Shown here one piece after another: positions 30,335-47,989 of a DNA stretch of 64,000 nt (position 1 is its first letter; each line of letters starts with the position of its first letter). A program made the position numbers and the translations under genes. The notes below the pieces were generated by a model, which was given only the letters and a program-made list of their open reading frames with translations, did no database searches and had not been told where the DNA came from. The DNA comes from the human T2T-CHM13v2.0 reference genome, Homo sapiens: assembly GCF_009914755.1 (NCBI RefSeq), contig NC_060932.1; one strand, 5' to 3'.

Positions 30335-33300
30335 GGTAGACTTGGGTATGCTGTGGTAACAAATAGACCCAGAATTTCTGTTTATTTTTTCCTTAAGCCA
30401 CATTCCACGGCAGGTCAAGAAGCTCTCTTGAGCAGCTCCCTTTCTAGCTGGTGACTCAGGGACAAAGATGCTTCTAACATGTAGTACTTTTGAAAAATGT
30501 ACTGGGTCAACACTGAAAGGAAATAAAAGAGGATTGATTGTGCAGTATGGTCTTAAGGGGTGGGCCTAAAAGTGATTCCCGCTATTTTTGCACAGTCCAT
30601 TGACTAGAAATAAGTCACATGGCCCCTGACTTAATGCAAGGGAGAATAAGATATGCACCTGTCTTATGTGCCCAGGAAGAAGAAAAAGTTTGTTAAACAC
30701 ATAGCATGGTCTCAGCTGTAGTTCATACTCTGGTCAACAAAACATCTGTCTCATTCTTCTCATGTATCAAACATACTCAAACCCACCCTCTCCCTAAAGG
30801 AAAGAACCCAATGTTCCTCCATTCATTAACTCTATATTAGGATGCAAGATCTCTCTAGAAATCTTCTCCATCAAGCCTATATGTGACTCCTCATGGTCAG
30901 GTGACCTATGAACCAAAATGACAAGTTATCTGCACCCCACCTCACTGTCAAACACAGGATGTCTACAATGAATATTCTGAATTGGGAAGGGGAAGACTAG
31001 GAAATATACAATAATCAATATTCTTTAGTGATTCTGAAATATCACTACACAGACATTGTGAAAGTCTCACACCCAAGGTGGGGTTAGGGTAGGGAGGAAG
31101 AGGTTGCTAGATGAGGCCTTGATTTTATTCTCTGAGAGGATAACCCTGTCATGTTTTTCTCTGTGGCTACTGGCTCTGCCTTCTTGCAGACTCTTCCATG
31201 TCAATATTGTTATTAGCACATCTTAAGCAGTCTGAAGAGATGTTCTTCTTGGAGGAGGCATTCAAATGCTGCTTTCTTTATGTGGGTATCCAAGAACTGA
31301 TTTTAGTATTTGAATTCAAAAATAGGACTTTTTTCAAGAATGGACTTGTGGTTTCCTTGTGTATTCATCCATTTTCATGCTGCTAATAAAGACATACCTG
31401 AGACTGGAAAGAAAAAGAGGTTTAATGGACTCACAGTTCCACATGGCTGGGGAGGCCTCACAGTCATGGTGGGAGGTGAAAGGCACTTCTTACATGATGG
31501 TGGCAGAGGGAAATGGAGAACCAAGTGAAAGGAGTTTCCCCTTATAAAACCATCTGATCTCATGAGATTTATTCACTACCAGGAGAACAGTATGGGAGAA
31601 ATCGCCCCCATGATTCAATTATCCCTTACCAGGTCCCTCCAACAACATGTGGGAATTATAGGAGCTACAATTCAAGATGAGATTTGGGTGGGAACACAGC
31701 CAAACCATATAATTCTGCCCCTGGCCCCTACCAAATCTCATGTCCTCACATTTCAAAACCAATTATGCTTTCCCAACAGTCCCCCAAAGTCTTAACTTAT
31801 TTCATCATGAACTCAAAAGTCCACAGTCCAAAGTCTCATCTGAGACAAGGCCAGGCCCTTCTATGATCCTGTAAAATCAAAAGCAAGTTAGTTACTTCCT
31901 AGATACAATTGGGGTACAGGCATTGGGTAAATACAGCCATTCAAAAGGGGAGAAATTGGTCAAAACAAAGGGGCTACAGGCCCCATGCAAATCCAAAATC
32001 CAGTAGGGCAGTCAAATCTTAAAGCTCCAAAATGATCTCCTTCAACTCCATGTCTCAAATCCAGGTCACACTGATGTAAGAAGTGGGTTCCCATGGTCTT
32101 GGGTAGCTCCACCCCTGTGGCTTTGCAGGGTACAACCTTCCTCCCAGCTGCTTTAAAGGGCTGGTGTTGAGTGTCTGTGGCTTTTCCAGGCACAGTGTGC
32201 AAGCTGTTGGTGGATCTACCATTCTAGGGTCTGGAGAACGGTTGCCCTCTTCTCACAGCTCCACTAGGCCGTACCCCAGTAGGGGTTGTGTGGGAGCTTC
32301 AACCACACATTTCCCTTCCACACTGCCCTAGCAGAGGTTCTCCATAAGAGCCCCACCCCTGCAACAAACTTCTGGCTGGACATCCAGGCCTTTCCATACA
32401 TCTTCTGAAATCTAGGTGGAGGTTTCCAAACCTCAGTTCTTGACTTCTGTGCACCCATAGGCTCAATACCGTGTGGAAGCTGCCAAGGCATGGGGCTTGC
32501 ACCCTCTGAAGCCATGGCCTGAGCTGTACCTTGGCCTCTTTTAGCCATGGCTAGAACAGCTGGGAGGCAGGGCACCAAGTTCCTAGGCTGCATACAGCAA
32601 GGTAGCCCTGGGTCCAGCCCATGAAACCATGTTTTCCTCCTAGGCCTCTGGGCCAGTGATAGGAGGGGCTGCTACAAAGGTCTCTGACATGCTCTGTTGA
32701 CATTTTCCCCATTGTTTTGGTGATTAACATTTGGCTCCTCGTTACCTATGCAAATTTCTGCAGCTGGCTTGAATTTCTCCTCAGAAAATGGGCTTTTCTA
32801 TCACACTGTCAGGCTGCACATTCTCTGAACTTTTATGCTCCGTTTCTCTTTTAAAACTGAATGCTCTTAACAGCACCCAGGTCACCTCTCGAATACTTTG
32901 CTGCTTAGAAATTTCTTCTGCCAGATACCCCAAATCATCTCCCTCAAGTTCAAAGTTCCACAAATCTCTATGGCAGGGGCAAAATGCCACCAGTCTCTTT
33001 GCTGAAACATAGCAAGGATCACTTTCACTCCAGTTCCCTAAAAGTTTCTCATCTCCATATGAGACCACCTCAGCCTGAATTTCATTGTTCATATCATTAT
33101 CAGCATTTGGGTCAAAGCCATTCAAGTCTTTAGGAAATTCCGAACTTTCCCACATTTTCCTATCTTCTTCTGAGCCCTCCAAACTGTTCCAACCTCTGCC
33201 TGTTACCCAGTTCCAAAGTTGCTTCCACATTTCACGTGTCTTTACAGTAGCACCCCACTCTACTGGTACAAATTTACTGTATTAGTTTGTTTCCACACTG

Positions 33301-34400
33301 CTGATAAAGATGTACCTGAGATTGGGAAGAAAAAGAGATTTAATGGACTCACAGTTCCACATGGCTGGGGAGGCCTCACAACCATGGCAGATGGCGAAAG
33401 GCACTTCTTACATGGTGGCAGCAAAAAAGAAATTGAGAACCAAGCTAAAGGGGTTTCCCCTTATAAAACCATCAGATCTTTTGAGACTTATTCATCGTGA
33501 GACTGTTCTCACAATGAGAACAGTATAGGAGAAACAGTCCCCATGATTCAATCATCTCCCAACAGGTCCCTCCCACAACATGTGGGAATTATGGGAACTA
33601 CAATTCAAGATAAAATTTGGGAGGGCACACAGTCAAACCATATCACCTTGATGATACAATTCCTTTAAAAACCCTGCAGATTTCTGATCTATTAGTTTCA
33701 ACCAGTACCATGTAACCAGTAACCCTATCCAGAGATATTTCCTAAAAATAATGTTCAGATTTATTTTACATGGTTACTTTCTCACCCTCATGCCTCTTTC
33801 CCAGTCAATTTAATGCTGGCCACCATTGGGTCTTCTGAACAATTGGTGTCAAGCACACTCCTACTCCAACTTTTGCTGTGAGTCACTATTGAACTTGAAA
33901 GACTTTTAATTTGTCTTATCACTCAAAGTCTTCTCAATTCAATCTCTACAAGCAGCTGGGTTTTTCAACCCTGGAAGACCTTGAGTTTCTAAACTGTCTC
34001 CCATTTCTGCTTGCAAGCTGATTAATTATTCTCTGAAATTTTTTTTTTTTTTTGGTAATACTTTGTGAAATGCAACTCATAATAGACAACATATACTAGG
34101 GTAGTGAAGCATTTCAATACCTAACTAGAGATGAATTGTAGGCCTACAGTCTTTCTTCTAAGGTAGAGCAGGCAATAGTTTGAGCAAAGCCATATTACCA
34201 GCCTGCAGTATCAGTTTCAATTTAAGTGTGTACCCATTTTGCTCATCACATACCATTACCCTAAGGCTTTATATTTTTGGATTTTTTTGGAGCAGTACTC
34301 TACTTCAAGGTATCAATTTCTGTGTTTGGGTAAGTAACATTAGCTCCTTTAAACCTATCCCCAAACCTTCAGTGACTGAATAAAATATACTTAGTATTTA
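30335..34400 (-). mobile_element. MLT1 (J/H-like) MaLR with LTR (30335-30720), internal sequence and partial second LTR (~34321-34400), split by THE1
   Basis: MLT1 LTR motifs (ccattgactagaaataagtcacatggcc...tgtgcccaggaagaaga) and MaLR internal end gcagtactctacttcaaggtatcaatttc|tgtg. Confidence 0.65.
31360..33645 (-). mobile_element. Full-length THE1 (THE1B/C-like) MaLR: LTR 31360-31712, internal 31713-33277, LTR 33278-33645
   Basis: Two homologous ~355-370 bp LTRs and ~1.56 kb THE1 internal sequence; perfect 5-bp TSD CCTTG (31355-31359, 33646-33650). Confidence 0.95.
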
Positions 34401-34672
34401 CTATTAAAACTTTAAATAATACAGTTACTCTTTCCACATGAAAAGCCTTTCCATCATTCTCCATTTATCCCATGGGCTCAGAACCAACCAAAGCAAAGCT
34501 TGGGATATGGTAAGTGCTCAAAAATATACTAGCTGTTATTATTTTTATTTTCAATTACTAATATTTGGGATCACAGAGGGTTACAAAACCAAACAGGCAG
34601 AAGATATTTGCTAAGCCATAAACAAGGCAGTAGTCAATATTTTGAAGACAGTATTAGAAAAGACATCCACAA

Positions 34673-35127
34673 TGTGTTAGTTTGCTAGGGCTGCTATGAC
34701 AAGCTATCACAAACTGAGAGGCTTAAACAATAGAAATTTATTGTCTCATAATTCTGGAGGCTGGAAGTCAAGATCATGGTGTGGGCAGGCCTGTTTCCTT
34801 CTAAGGGCTATGAAGGAGAGTCTGTCCCATGCCACTCTGCTAGCTCTGGTGTTCTGCTGACCATCTTTGGCTTTGACTTGTAAAAGCATTCCTCCACCTC
34901 TCCCCTCATGTTCACATCGTGTCCTCCCTGTGTGCATATCTGTCTCCAAATGTCTCCTTTTTAAAAGGACACTGGTCAGATTGGATTAGTGCCCATCCTA
35001 ATAACCTCCTTTTAACTTGATTACCTCTATAAAGATCTTATCTTCAAATGGGTCATGTTCTGAAGTACTGGGGGTTAGATTTCAACACAGGAATTTGGGA
35101 GAAAACAACTCATATTATACAATAACA
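34673..35127 (-). mobile_element. MLT1C-like solo LTR
   Basis: tgtgttagtttgctagggctgct...aaggacactggtcagattggattag...aataaca, ~455 bp. Confidence 0.85.
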
Positions 35128-36242
35128 CATTTAAAAATAATATTTTCATTAAAGTATTTCTGAAGATATATTTACATAGTTAGGCAATGGTGCTTATCAG
35201 TCTTTTTATGAACAGAATCTAGACATTTGTATTAGAAATCAGTATGTATTCCTTCCTTGTACTGGGGATAATCATGCTTAACGTATCGCAAACTATCATA
35301 GTGCGGTGTCCTCAAGGAATACTTCTGTTGCTTCCTATTTTCCTGACTTCCAGATGCCCTCTGTCTCCTGTGTATTGTATTAATGATTGGCTGTGACAGA
35401 ACAGGATGACCAGGTGAGCAGAGCACACCTTTAGGAAGGTTGTATTAGACCAGGCTTTCAGTCTGTGCTTCATCCGTTGTAAAAATTATAATGTCATCTG
35501 AAGTCTTCTATTGCAAAATTGTTTCACATGGCTAGGAAGAAAACTTAGTAGATTAATTAAATATTAAAACAAGGAGAGTCAGGAACAATCATGGAGGCAT
35601 TCATTAAATTAAAACCAATATCTTCATTCTTTTCAGTGTTTATTGATAGCTTGAGTAAGGTGCTCCTTCCTCATTATTTACAACATGGTGAACTATAATC
35701 CTGTAGCTACGCTAAAGAGAAGTAAATGAATGTTTTTAGGTCACAGATATTGCCAAATAAACTACTCTTATAATCAGATTGTTTTACTGAAAATATAGAA
35801 GTATTCCCTTACAGAGATAATAGTTGTGGATAAAAAGTTGAAAGATATGGGTTTGTTTGCTTTTGGAAAACTACACACTTGCTTTTGTTCTCTGACTAAA
35901 GTGTCATTATGAAGGAAAGCAGTATTGGCCTGAGTCCAAATGTCTGAATAGTTCAAATTTAACACAGGCTCTCCTTTTGCTCAGCTTTCTCTTCTCATCT
36001 TATGCTCACTTTTTTCCCCGGAGCATTTATTAAATATTGCCATCTTGTTCCTGGCTTCAACTTGTCTTTTTATCACCAACCTTCAGAAGAGAAAGTAGCA
36101 CACTGCAAATACTCAGAAACTATATTGGATTGAATAAATAAATGAGTCAGTCAATCCATGAGTGAACTGTAGTGAGCCTGCCTTGTAGCCCAATCAGCAC
36201 TGTCTTCTTAATGCTAAAACCGCAAATTAACTTCCCTTATTG

Positions 36243-36563
36243 GGCTGGGCACTGTGATTCATGCCTGTAATCCCAGCATCCTGGGAGGCCAAGGCAGGTG
36301 GATCACTTGAGGTCAGGAGTTCGAGACCAGCCTGGCCAATATGATGAAACCCCGTTTCTACTAAAAATACAAAAATTAGCTAGGTGTGGTGGTGGGCACC
36401 TACTCGGTGCACCACCTACTCGGTGGTGTTCAGCTACTCGGGAGGCTGAGGCACAAGAATCACTTGAACACAGGAGGTGGAGTGAGCCAAGATTGTACTA
36501 CTGTACTCCAGCCTGGGTGACAGAGCAAGAACTTGTCTCCAAATAATAATAATAATAATAATA
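36243..36563 (+). mobile_element. AluS with (AAT)n tail and internal rearrangement
   Basis: Alu body; TSD attaa(c/t)ttccctta(t/c)tg. Confidence 0.93.
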
Positions 36564-36582
36564 ATATTAATTTCCCTTACTG

Positions 36583-36865
36583 ATTGATTGATTGATTCAG
36601 AAGCTCACTCTGTCACCCAGCCTGGAGGGCTGTGGCACTGCCCCTCCTCACTGTAGCCTCAATCTCTCAGACTCCTTCCACCTCAGCCTCCTGAGTGGCT
36701 GTGACTATATGTATGTGCCAGCATGCCCACACTAATTTTTAAAATTTTTTTTGTAGCAACAGTGCCTCCCTGTGTTGCCCAGACTGGTCTCAAACTTCTG
36801 GGGTCAAGTGATCCTCCCACCTTGGTCTACCAAAGTGCTGGGATTACAGGCACGCGTGACCATTT
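36583..36865 (-). mobile_element. Diverged AluJ
   Basis: Antisense AluJ features (ctcactgtagcctcaa, tgttgcccagactggtctcaaacttctggggtcaagtgatcctccc); (TGAT)n tail. Confidence 0.88.
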
Positions 36866-37910
36866 CTTACTTTTTCACTCCTTTCAGTGAATGTTTCCAG
36901 TTTATCTGGTTATTAATATGTAAAATTATAACTGAGATACTTAACATTATATTATAAATGATTGGCCCTCAGAGTTATTTGCTTTTAATTTTTAAAAAAT
37001 CTCCATTTTGTAGCATTTCAGTCAATGAGGTAAGAAAAAAATCAGACTGTGACCAAGTCTATTTTTTTGACTAGTTCTTCAAGTAGCAAAGCTAATCCTG
37101 TGAAGACTGGCCAGGTACATAACAGATAAACAACATAAATTTATTTACTAATGATGAGAGAGGAAGAGAATTCAAATACTGTGATGGTATCTTAAATATG
37201 AAAACCTGGGTTTTGTTATATTTCATTGGAAAAAAGATTTTTACCTTATCGTTAAGAAAACAGGAAAGTCCTCAGTATTCCTTGATTTAAGTAGTTCTTG
37301 TTAATGAGGTTAAGTTTTGATCAAACAAAATGATCAGTGGGAAGTATTTTCCTATTTTAATCATCAACAGTGAACAATTTTCCTGTGAGCCTGAGAAAAT
37401 AGGGGAACAGGATGTTGAATGGCAATGTGACAGAGCAGATTTTTTTTTTTACAGGAAAAGGGGGCTTAAAAGTTAAATAAGTCAAAAACTTGTTTTAGAA
37501 TATAGTTGAAACAGAAAATACTGTTGGTCATATCTATTTAGTTCTTTAGAAATTCAAATTTTATAATATTACCAAGGGAGTATTTAAATGAGATTTTGTA
37601 GTCATAGATACAGAAACACTTAGCCATGAACTAAATTTCCTACTGATCTTGAATATTTCAAAACCACTTTCTGCCAAACATTCGAATAAGCATCTATATA
37701 TATTATGAAAATCCTCAGGCTGGATTACATTCAGCCTATAACTGAACTGCCAAAAACATGATAAAAGGTCAGGGCCTCTTTATCCAGACATCTGGATTGG
37801 GAATTCTCAAAAGAACTTGTTCCAAAGACATGATTATTTTGTTTTTTCCTGTATAGAGTTCTTCAACATATTAAAGTAGAGAAAAAAGGGTAATAAGGAA
37901 AGTATGTTTC

Positions 37911-38636
37911 ATGCAAATCAAAACCACGATGAGATACCATTTCACATCAATCAGAATGGCTATTAAAAAGTCAAAAAATAACAGATGCTGGTGAGGTTGT
38001 AGGGAAAAAGAAACACTTACACATTGTTGGTGGGAATGTAAAGTAGTTCAACCATTGTGGAAGATAGTGTGGCAATTCCTCAAAGACCTAAAGACAAAAA
38101 TACTATTCAACTCAGCAATCGCATGACTGGGTATATACCCAAAGGAATATAAAGCTTTCTATTATAAAGGCACATGCACATGTATGTTTACTGAAGCACT
38201 ATTCACTATAGCAAAGACATGGAATCAACCTAAATATCACTCAGTGATAGACTGGATAAAGGAAATGTGGTATATATACACCATGGAATACTATGCAGCC
38301 ATAAAAAAGAACCAGATCATGTCCTTTGCAAAGACATTGATGGAGCTGGAGGCCATTATCCTTAGCAAACTAACACAGGAACAGAAAACCAAACACTGTA
38401 TGTTCTCATGTAAAAGTTGGAGAACACATGGACACATAGAGGAGAACAAAACACAGCAGGGCTTATCAGAAGGTGGAGGGATGGAGGAGGGAGTGGATCC
38501 GGAAAACTAACTGATAGGTACTAGGCTTAATACCTGAATGATGAAATAATCTGTACAACAACCCCCCATGACACAAGTTTACCTATGTAACAAACCTGCA
38601 CATATACCCCTGAACTTAAAATAAAAGTTAAAAAAA
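37911..38636 (+). mobile_element. 5'-truncated L1 3' end (older L1PA/L1PB)
   Basis: ORF2 C-terminal peptide [17 protein letters not shown]; 3'UTR ending cctgaacttaaaataaaagtt plus A tail. Confidence 0.92.
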
Positions 38637-40669
38637 GAAAAGTACAATTCAAAATTTGATAAATTGTCAACATTATCAAGAACAGTTTAAAGGTCTGTCC
38701 AGGTGAGTAGGCACCACATGAATTGAATACTCAGGCAATATTTCTACTACTTATAAATTCACAGCCTAAAATATAGTACTTAAAACTAATATTTAGAATC
38801 ACAGAGACATCAAATTTAGTACCTGAATAAAATTTAATGATCCTCAGTGTGAAAAAAGAGGTGAAGTGAAATAAAATTCCCAAAGTGGATGAGTCTAAAC
38901 TAGAATTCTGGTTTTCTGATTATCCAGTCCAGTCCACTGTCCATATCTTTATGAGTCCAGATTTCTTGACTGCCCACTATTAGAAGAGCTTGAATAGCAC
39001 AAAGGAAGCTCCATCAGTTTTCTAATTAGGCAGAGCATAGTTAGAAGTCCAGCTTCTCTGGCTCCTGTGTGAGTGTAAGAAATGCACTTTTTCATTCTGA
39101 ATCTTCATTTCCTCACTGGTAAAACTTTGTCTGTACAGATGCAAGTGTGTAGGACAAAAGCGCTGATCAATCAACAAAACAACCACAGCTGGCCTTTATT
39201 TCCACCGCTAGGAGAAGGGATTGACCTAGGTTTGGTCTCTGGTTGGTCCCATTCAGGTTTAGTCTTACAGGAAGTTAGGGTACATACTGGTGGTTTATGT
39301 GCAGGAACTGGGTATCATTAGTAACAACTGCTTTGTTAGAGTTTCAAAATGTTTTATAAAGCTTAAAGTTGTTATAACTTAAGTCATCAACATATATATT
39401 AAGCCACATATATTATAGGGAGGGATGATGGTTGGAAATACGTATATTTGCTATCTTACATTTTCCCCTACAGTTGATTTTCTTCCAATGCCATAGCAAC
39501 CCACACAAAGGTGTTTTGTTTGGTCTGCCTGTTGAGTGTACTATTAGAATTAATGCATTATTTTCTGTATCAGCCTAAAACCAAAACAGGAAAAAGCTAT
39601 TTAGAAGAAAAGTGAAAATATTTTAGCTAAAAAAACTTAATTTTAAAAAATCCTAATTTTGTGTTACTTCATTGTTGTTACTGATGGTGTTTTGGTGAGA
39701 ACACACATTGCAGTTCAGTAAGGATATGCTCAAATCAGAGTTTGAAACCTTGCAACCCAGTAGATTAGGCTAATAGGTCTATCTTCTTTGAGCTGTACAG
39801 TATTTCTTTTAATTGCATTAAATACCTTTAACATGGACATATACTCTCCACATCTCCAGAGTCTTCACCAATTCCTATCTATTAGATCTGTTTACTTCAT
39901 TTTTTATACTACCCTAAGGCCCCTGGGCACATTAAAATTCACAGTCCCTGAGATAGGTTTTATTAGTATTTCCTTTTCCTCCAGAGAAGCAAATACAATG
40001 ATAGTAAAAGAATGAACCTTAAAGGCAAGGAGGATGGGAAGTAGTTATTCAAATTATTTACTTAAACAACTTATAAATATGGGAAGAGGATGAAAACCCA
40101 TTGAAGTATAAAACAGAGTAAGCAAATAGCCTTCTTAAAGACAGAATTTTAGAAGGCAAGAAGAGAGCACCACCCTTCCAAAAAGATCCCTTGGGCAGCA
40201 GTTAGGATTGCCCTTGGCTTGATGTAACAGAAATGCAAATACAGTGACTTAACAAAGCATGTATTGAGAAATCCAGAGTCAGTTTAGAGCTGGTATACAG
40301 CAAGCGAAGTCATCAGAACCAGCTCCTTCCCCTTTCCAAGTATGATTCACAGTATATATAGATTTTGTTCTTATGATTACCAGATAGATTTTCTATACCC
40401 AAGCATCACGTTCTATTCCAGATATGTACAAGAGGGTGGGCCAAGAAGAAAAGTTGCATTCTGGCTTTTGGGAAAGAACATTTTAGGTTCTCTTGAAGCC
40501 TCACCTAGCAGATCTCTGCTTGCATTTTATTGTTCTTAACTACATCACACAGCCAAAACTATTTGGAGGATAAACTCCTAAAATTAATACTTCTACCTGA
40601 ATATCTTGAGCAAGACTTTGGTTCTGTTGCTAAAAAGGAAGAGGAGAAAAGATTCAGAACAATTTGTTA

Positions 40670-40890
40670 ATAGCTAATAATTATACAGCATTTTCATTAT
40701 GCCAAGCACTTTACATATATTAACTTTTTTAATACAAACTATACTGTGCAGTAGTACCATTACATTTACATTTTAAATATAAGTAAACTGAAACACACAA
40801 CATTTAATAACATGCAAAAGATTACCTAGCTAAGAAGTGGCAGAGCCAAGATTTGCATGTAGGCAATCTGTCTCTAGGCATTGTAATAAT
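40670..40890 (-). mobile_element. MIR SINE
   Basis: atgccaagcactttacatatattaact...gtaaactgaaacac...ctaagaagtggcagagccaagatttg. Confidence 0.75.
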
Positions 40891-41109
40891 ACTATGTCAA
40901 GTATATGACACATTTAAGGAGAAATAAGATTTAGAATTTGGCAGGTGCAAAGAGGGTGGAAGTCATGCCACCAGCTAGACTGGAATTTTGACTAGTAAAC
41001 TATATCAGAGAGTGACAGTCCTATACCCCATCCATATTTCCCACCCCTTTTCATCAGCACGTATGACTCAAGAATGATAGATACAAGACTCATTTCTCTA
41101 CAACTTAGT

Positions 41110-41680
41110 ATCAGTTAAGATACTTTCAGATTTGGGGAAAAAAAAACAACCTCAATAGAAACAGTCTTAAACAATACAAAACATGTTATTGGCCCTATAA
41201 CAAGAACTTCAAAAGCACAGCAGATGCCACGCTTAGAATGAGCAGGCTTCAGTTTTGTTTGAATGTAATCCTCTTTGTTATCATTCCTCTGTGGGTTAGC
41301 TTTCTTTTAGGAATGGCTTTTCTCATTGTCAAAAATGAGACAGAGGTAAGTGATGCAATATTATTTCTTTTTTATTTCCAGGAGAGAGAGAAGCACACTC
41401 CTCATAATTGTCTCTTAAGAGCAATAAACGACTCTCCCCAAAGACTCTGCAACTCACCCCTTGTCCAGAATTAGATCCCTGGCCTATTTCTAAATAATCT
41501 CACTAACAGGGAGGATGAGATTATATTACAGGATTAGAATTAATTAAGATCACCCCTATAGTAGAGATGAGGCAAGTTTTCTTGAATCACAAATACTGTG
41601 TGAAGGAGGGGTAGTTATCTAAATGAACCAGGGTTCTGTTAGGCTTGTTGGAGGAGATATTACTGCTGGGTAGAAATTAA
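41110..41680 (-). mobile_element. Old MLT1 (K/L-like) LTR
   Basis: gtatcagttaagatactttcag start, ttgtccagaattagatc and agggttctgttagg motifs. A similar fragment lies at ~40200-40650. Confidence 0.55.
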
Positions 41681-41926
41681 TAATGTTAATAATGTTCAAT
41701 AGTTGTAAAATCCCAGAACATCAAGTGAATAAGAAAGTAAGGTAGATAACCTACAAAGTTTTCTGACTAGTATCAGATTTCCAACCAGCAATCATGAGTG
41801 CTAGAAGACAAAAAAGTGATGTACTTTTTAAAATTTCTCAGGGGAAAAAATGATTTCTAAACGTTGAATTATATTTCCAGCTAAACTATCAACCAAGGAT
41901 TAAGAGCAAAAAAATATACATTCTCG

Positions 41927-42250
<324 letters not shown>

Positions 42251-43269
42251 TCTCACATAAAGACATAGGAGTTTCATTTCATAGGTATCATTTCTGAAGA
42301 GGTTATTTTAAGATATGCTTCAAAAAATGAGAATGAAAAACGTTTAAAAAGTGTAAGATACAAAGCATGGTGGAAATAACTCAGGAGTCAGTCCACTGAA
42401 AACACCCCCTGGGATAATAGCTAAGCAGCAAGCAAGAAAGCAATTAGTTGAACAGATAGGTGAAAATCTGCAACAGGAATGTCTTCAAGGAGTAGAGTGG
42501 AATGGACCCCAAGCCATAAACAGAGTGGGTAAGCAACTAGAAGACATTAGTGACATGTTAAAGAAAGTATATGGTTCATTACAAGAAAAAAGGAAGCCAA
42601 ATTGGAAACAAACAAAAACCTGTTTGAAAAAGTCCTGATCTTATCATAAAGCAAAAAATGTCAGGCATCATTTTAAGCAGTTGATGGAATGCAAGGAAAA
42701 ACCATACATTCAACCTAGATTAGACACATTCTCCTGGAAGTGGTACAGGTTTCATACTGTTAGACCCAAAAAGAAGAAAATAAAGTTGTAGTCAATTAGC
42801 TGGTTCTTCAGTGAAAAATATATCAGTCATAATAAAATAATTGTGGTATGTTCATTTTCAACTCAATGTGTAAAGATGGAAGAAAACATGGTTGCAGGAC
42901 AAAATGTAAATGTTATCAACTTTCACAACAGAAATGAGAAACTAGTCAGAGGTAGAAGGATACTAGGAGGGATATAAAAGTGGTAAAAACATAAGTATAA
43001 GTATCTTCATTCTATATAGTGGGCAGGGATATTTTATAAATTTGATGCAACAGATAGAATTTCAAGTGCACTGCATAGCATTATGGAAGTGGTTAAATGT
43101 GGTTGTCTCTGAGAGGTGGGTTCTGTGGGGGTGAGGGGAGACTTCATTATGTAATCCACTTTTACAATTTCATAATGTAAAAGGGGATTATAAAATGAAT
43201 ATATCACTTTGATAAAAAAGTAAGATTAATTTTTAAGAGAAAAGTAAGTATATTGAAGACTGTTTTCTT

Positions 43270-47170
<3,901 letters not shown>

Positions 47171-47989
47171 TTAATAAAAAGTAGTTTTAAAAGGAATATA
47201 TTAGATTTAATTTTCATTACAAGATAAATTTTTAAAGTGATGTAATTATCCTTTTTAGCTTATTTGAGATGATTCCATTATCAAAATGCCCTAGCATGGT
47301 TATTCACAATCCTGCATCTTTAGTTCACCCTAAATTCACTTCTAATGCATTATTTTAATACACTTTGGCAAGTAGATAATAGCAAAGATAAGTGATTTGA
47401 TTAAGTCTATACACATAGCAAGTGTTCTCAAAATCTGTTTAATTCCTTGTTTTGCATGTAAGAATTTATAGCAAAAGTTATAGATTAGAAAATAAAATTC
47501 ACCACAGAAGTATAAACATTATTCATGCGAATTGTAACAACATTCATAAAATTTATGTGCAAGGTAATCTGTTAGATGGTTATTCAAATGTGACAAAGTA
47601 AAGTTGAAAGTAAAATCAAACATCTGGGGCCAGAATATATGTAATCAGGAAGGTTATGGATATGCATGTCAATTGATCATCATGCCCTTGAGGAACTCTG
47701 ACTTTGAAAATACTAACTTCTTCCCAAGAGTTACCCTCAATTGAAGTGAATGTCCAAAATCGGTCATTGATAATGTCTTGATTTATCATTGTTAAAAACT
47801 GTAGATTTATCCACTCAACAGTCATAAGAGTTCTTTGTTTTTCAGGATTAGTCAGGGAAAAACAATCAGCAAAAGTGTTTTTATATAACTTTCTCAGAGG
47901 AAAGTAGAAAATTTAGTGGGATTGATATTTCTAAATATTCAAATATTCCGTCAAGCCGATCAAAGCCATAGACAGTTAATTTTTGCCTT

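Noticed and set aside
32264-33230. 109-aa and 149-aa ORFs in the THE1 internal region
   Set aside because: Broken remnants of the MaLR internal ORF, not a host gene.
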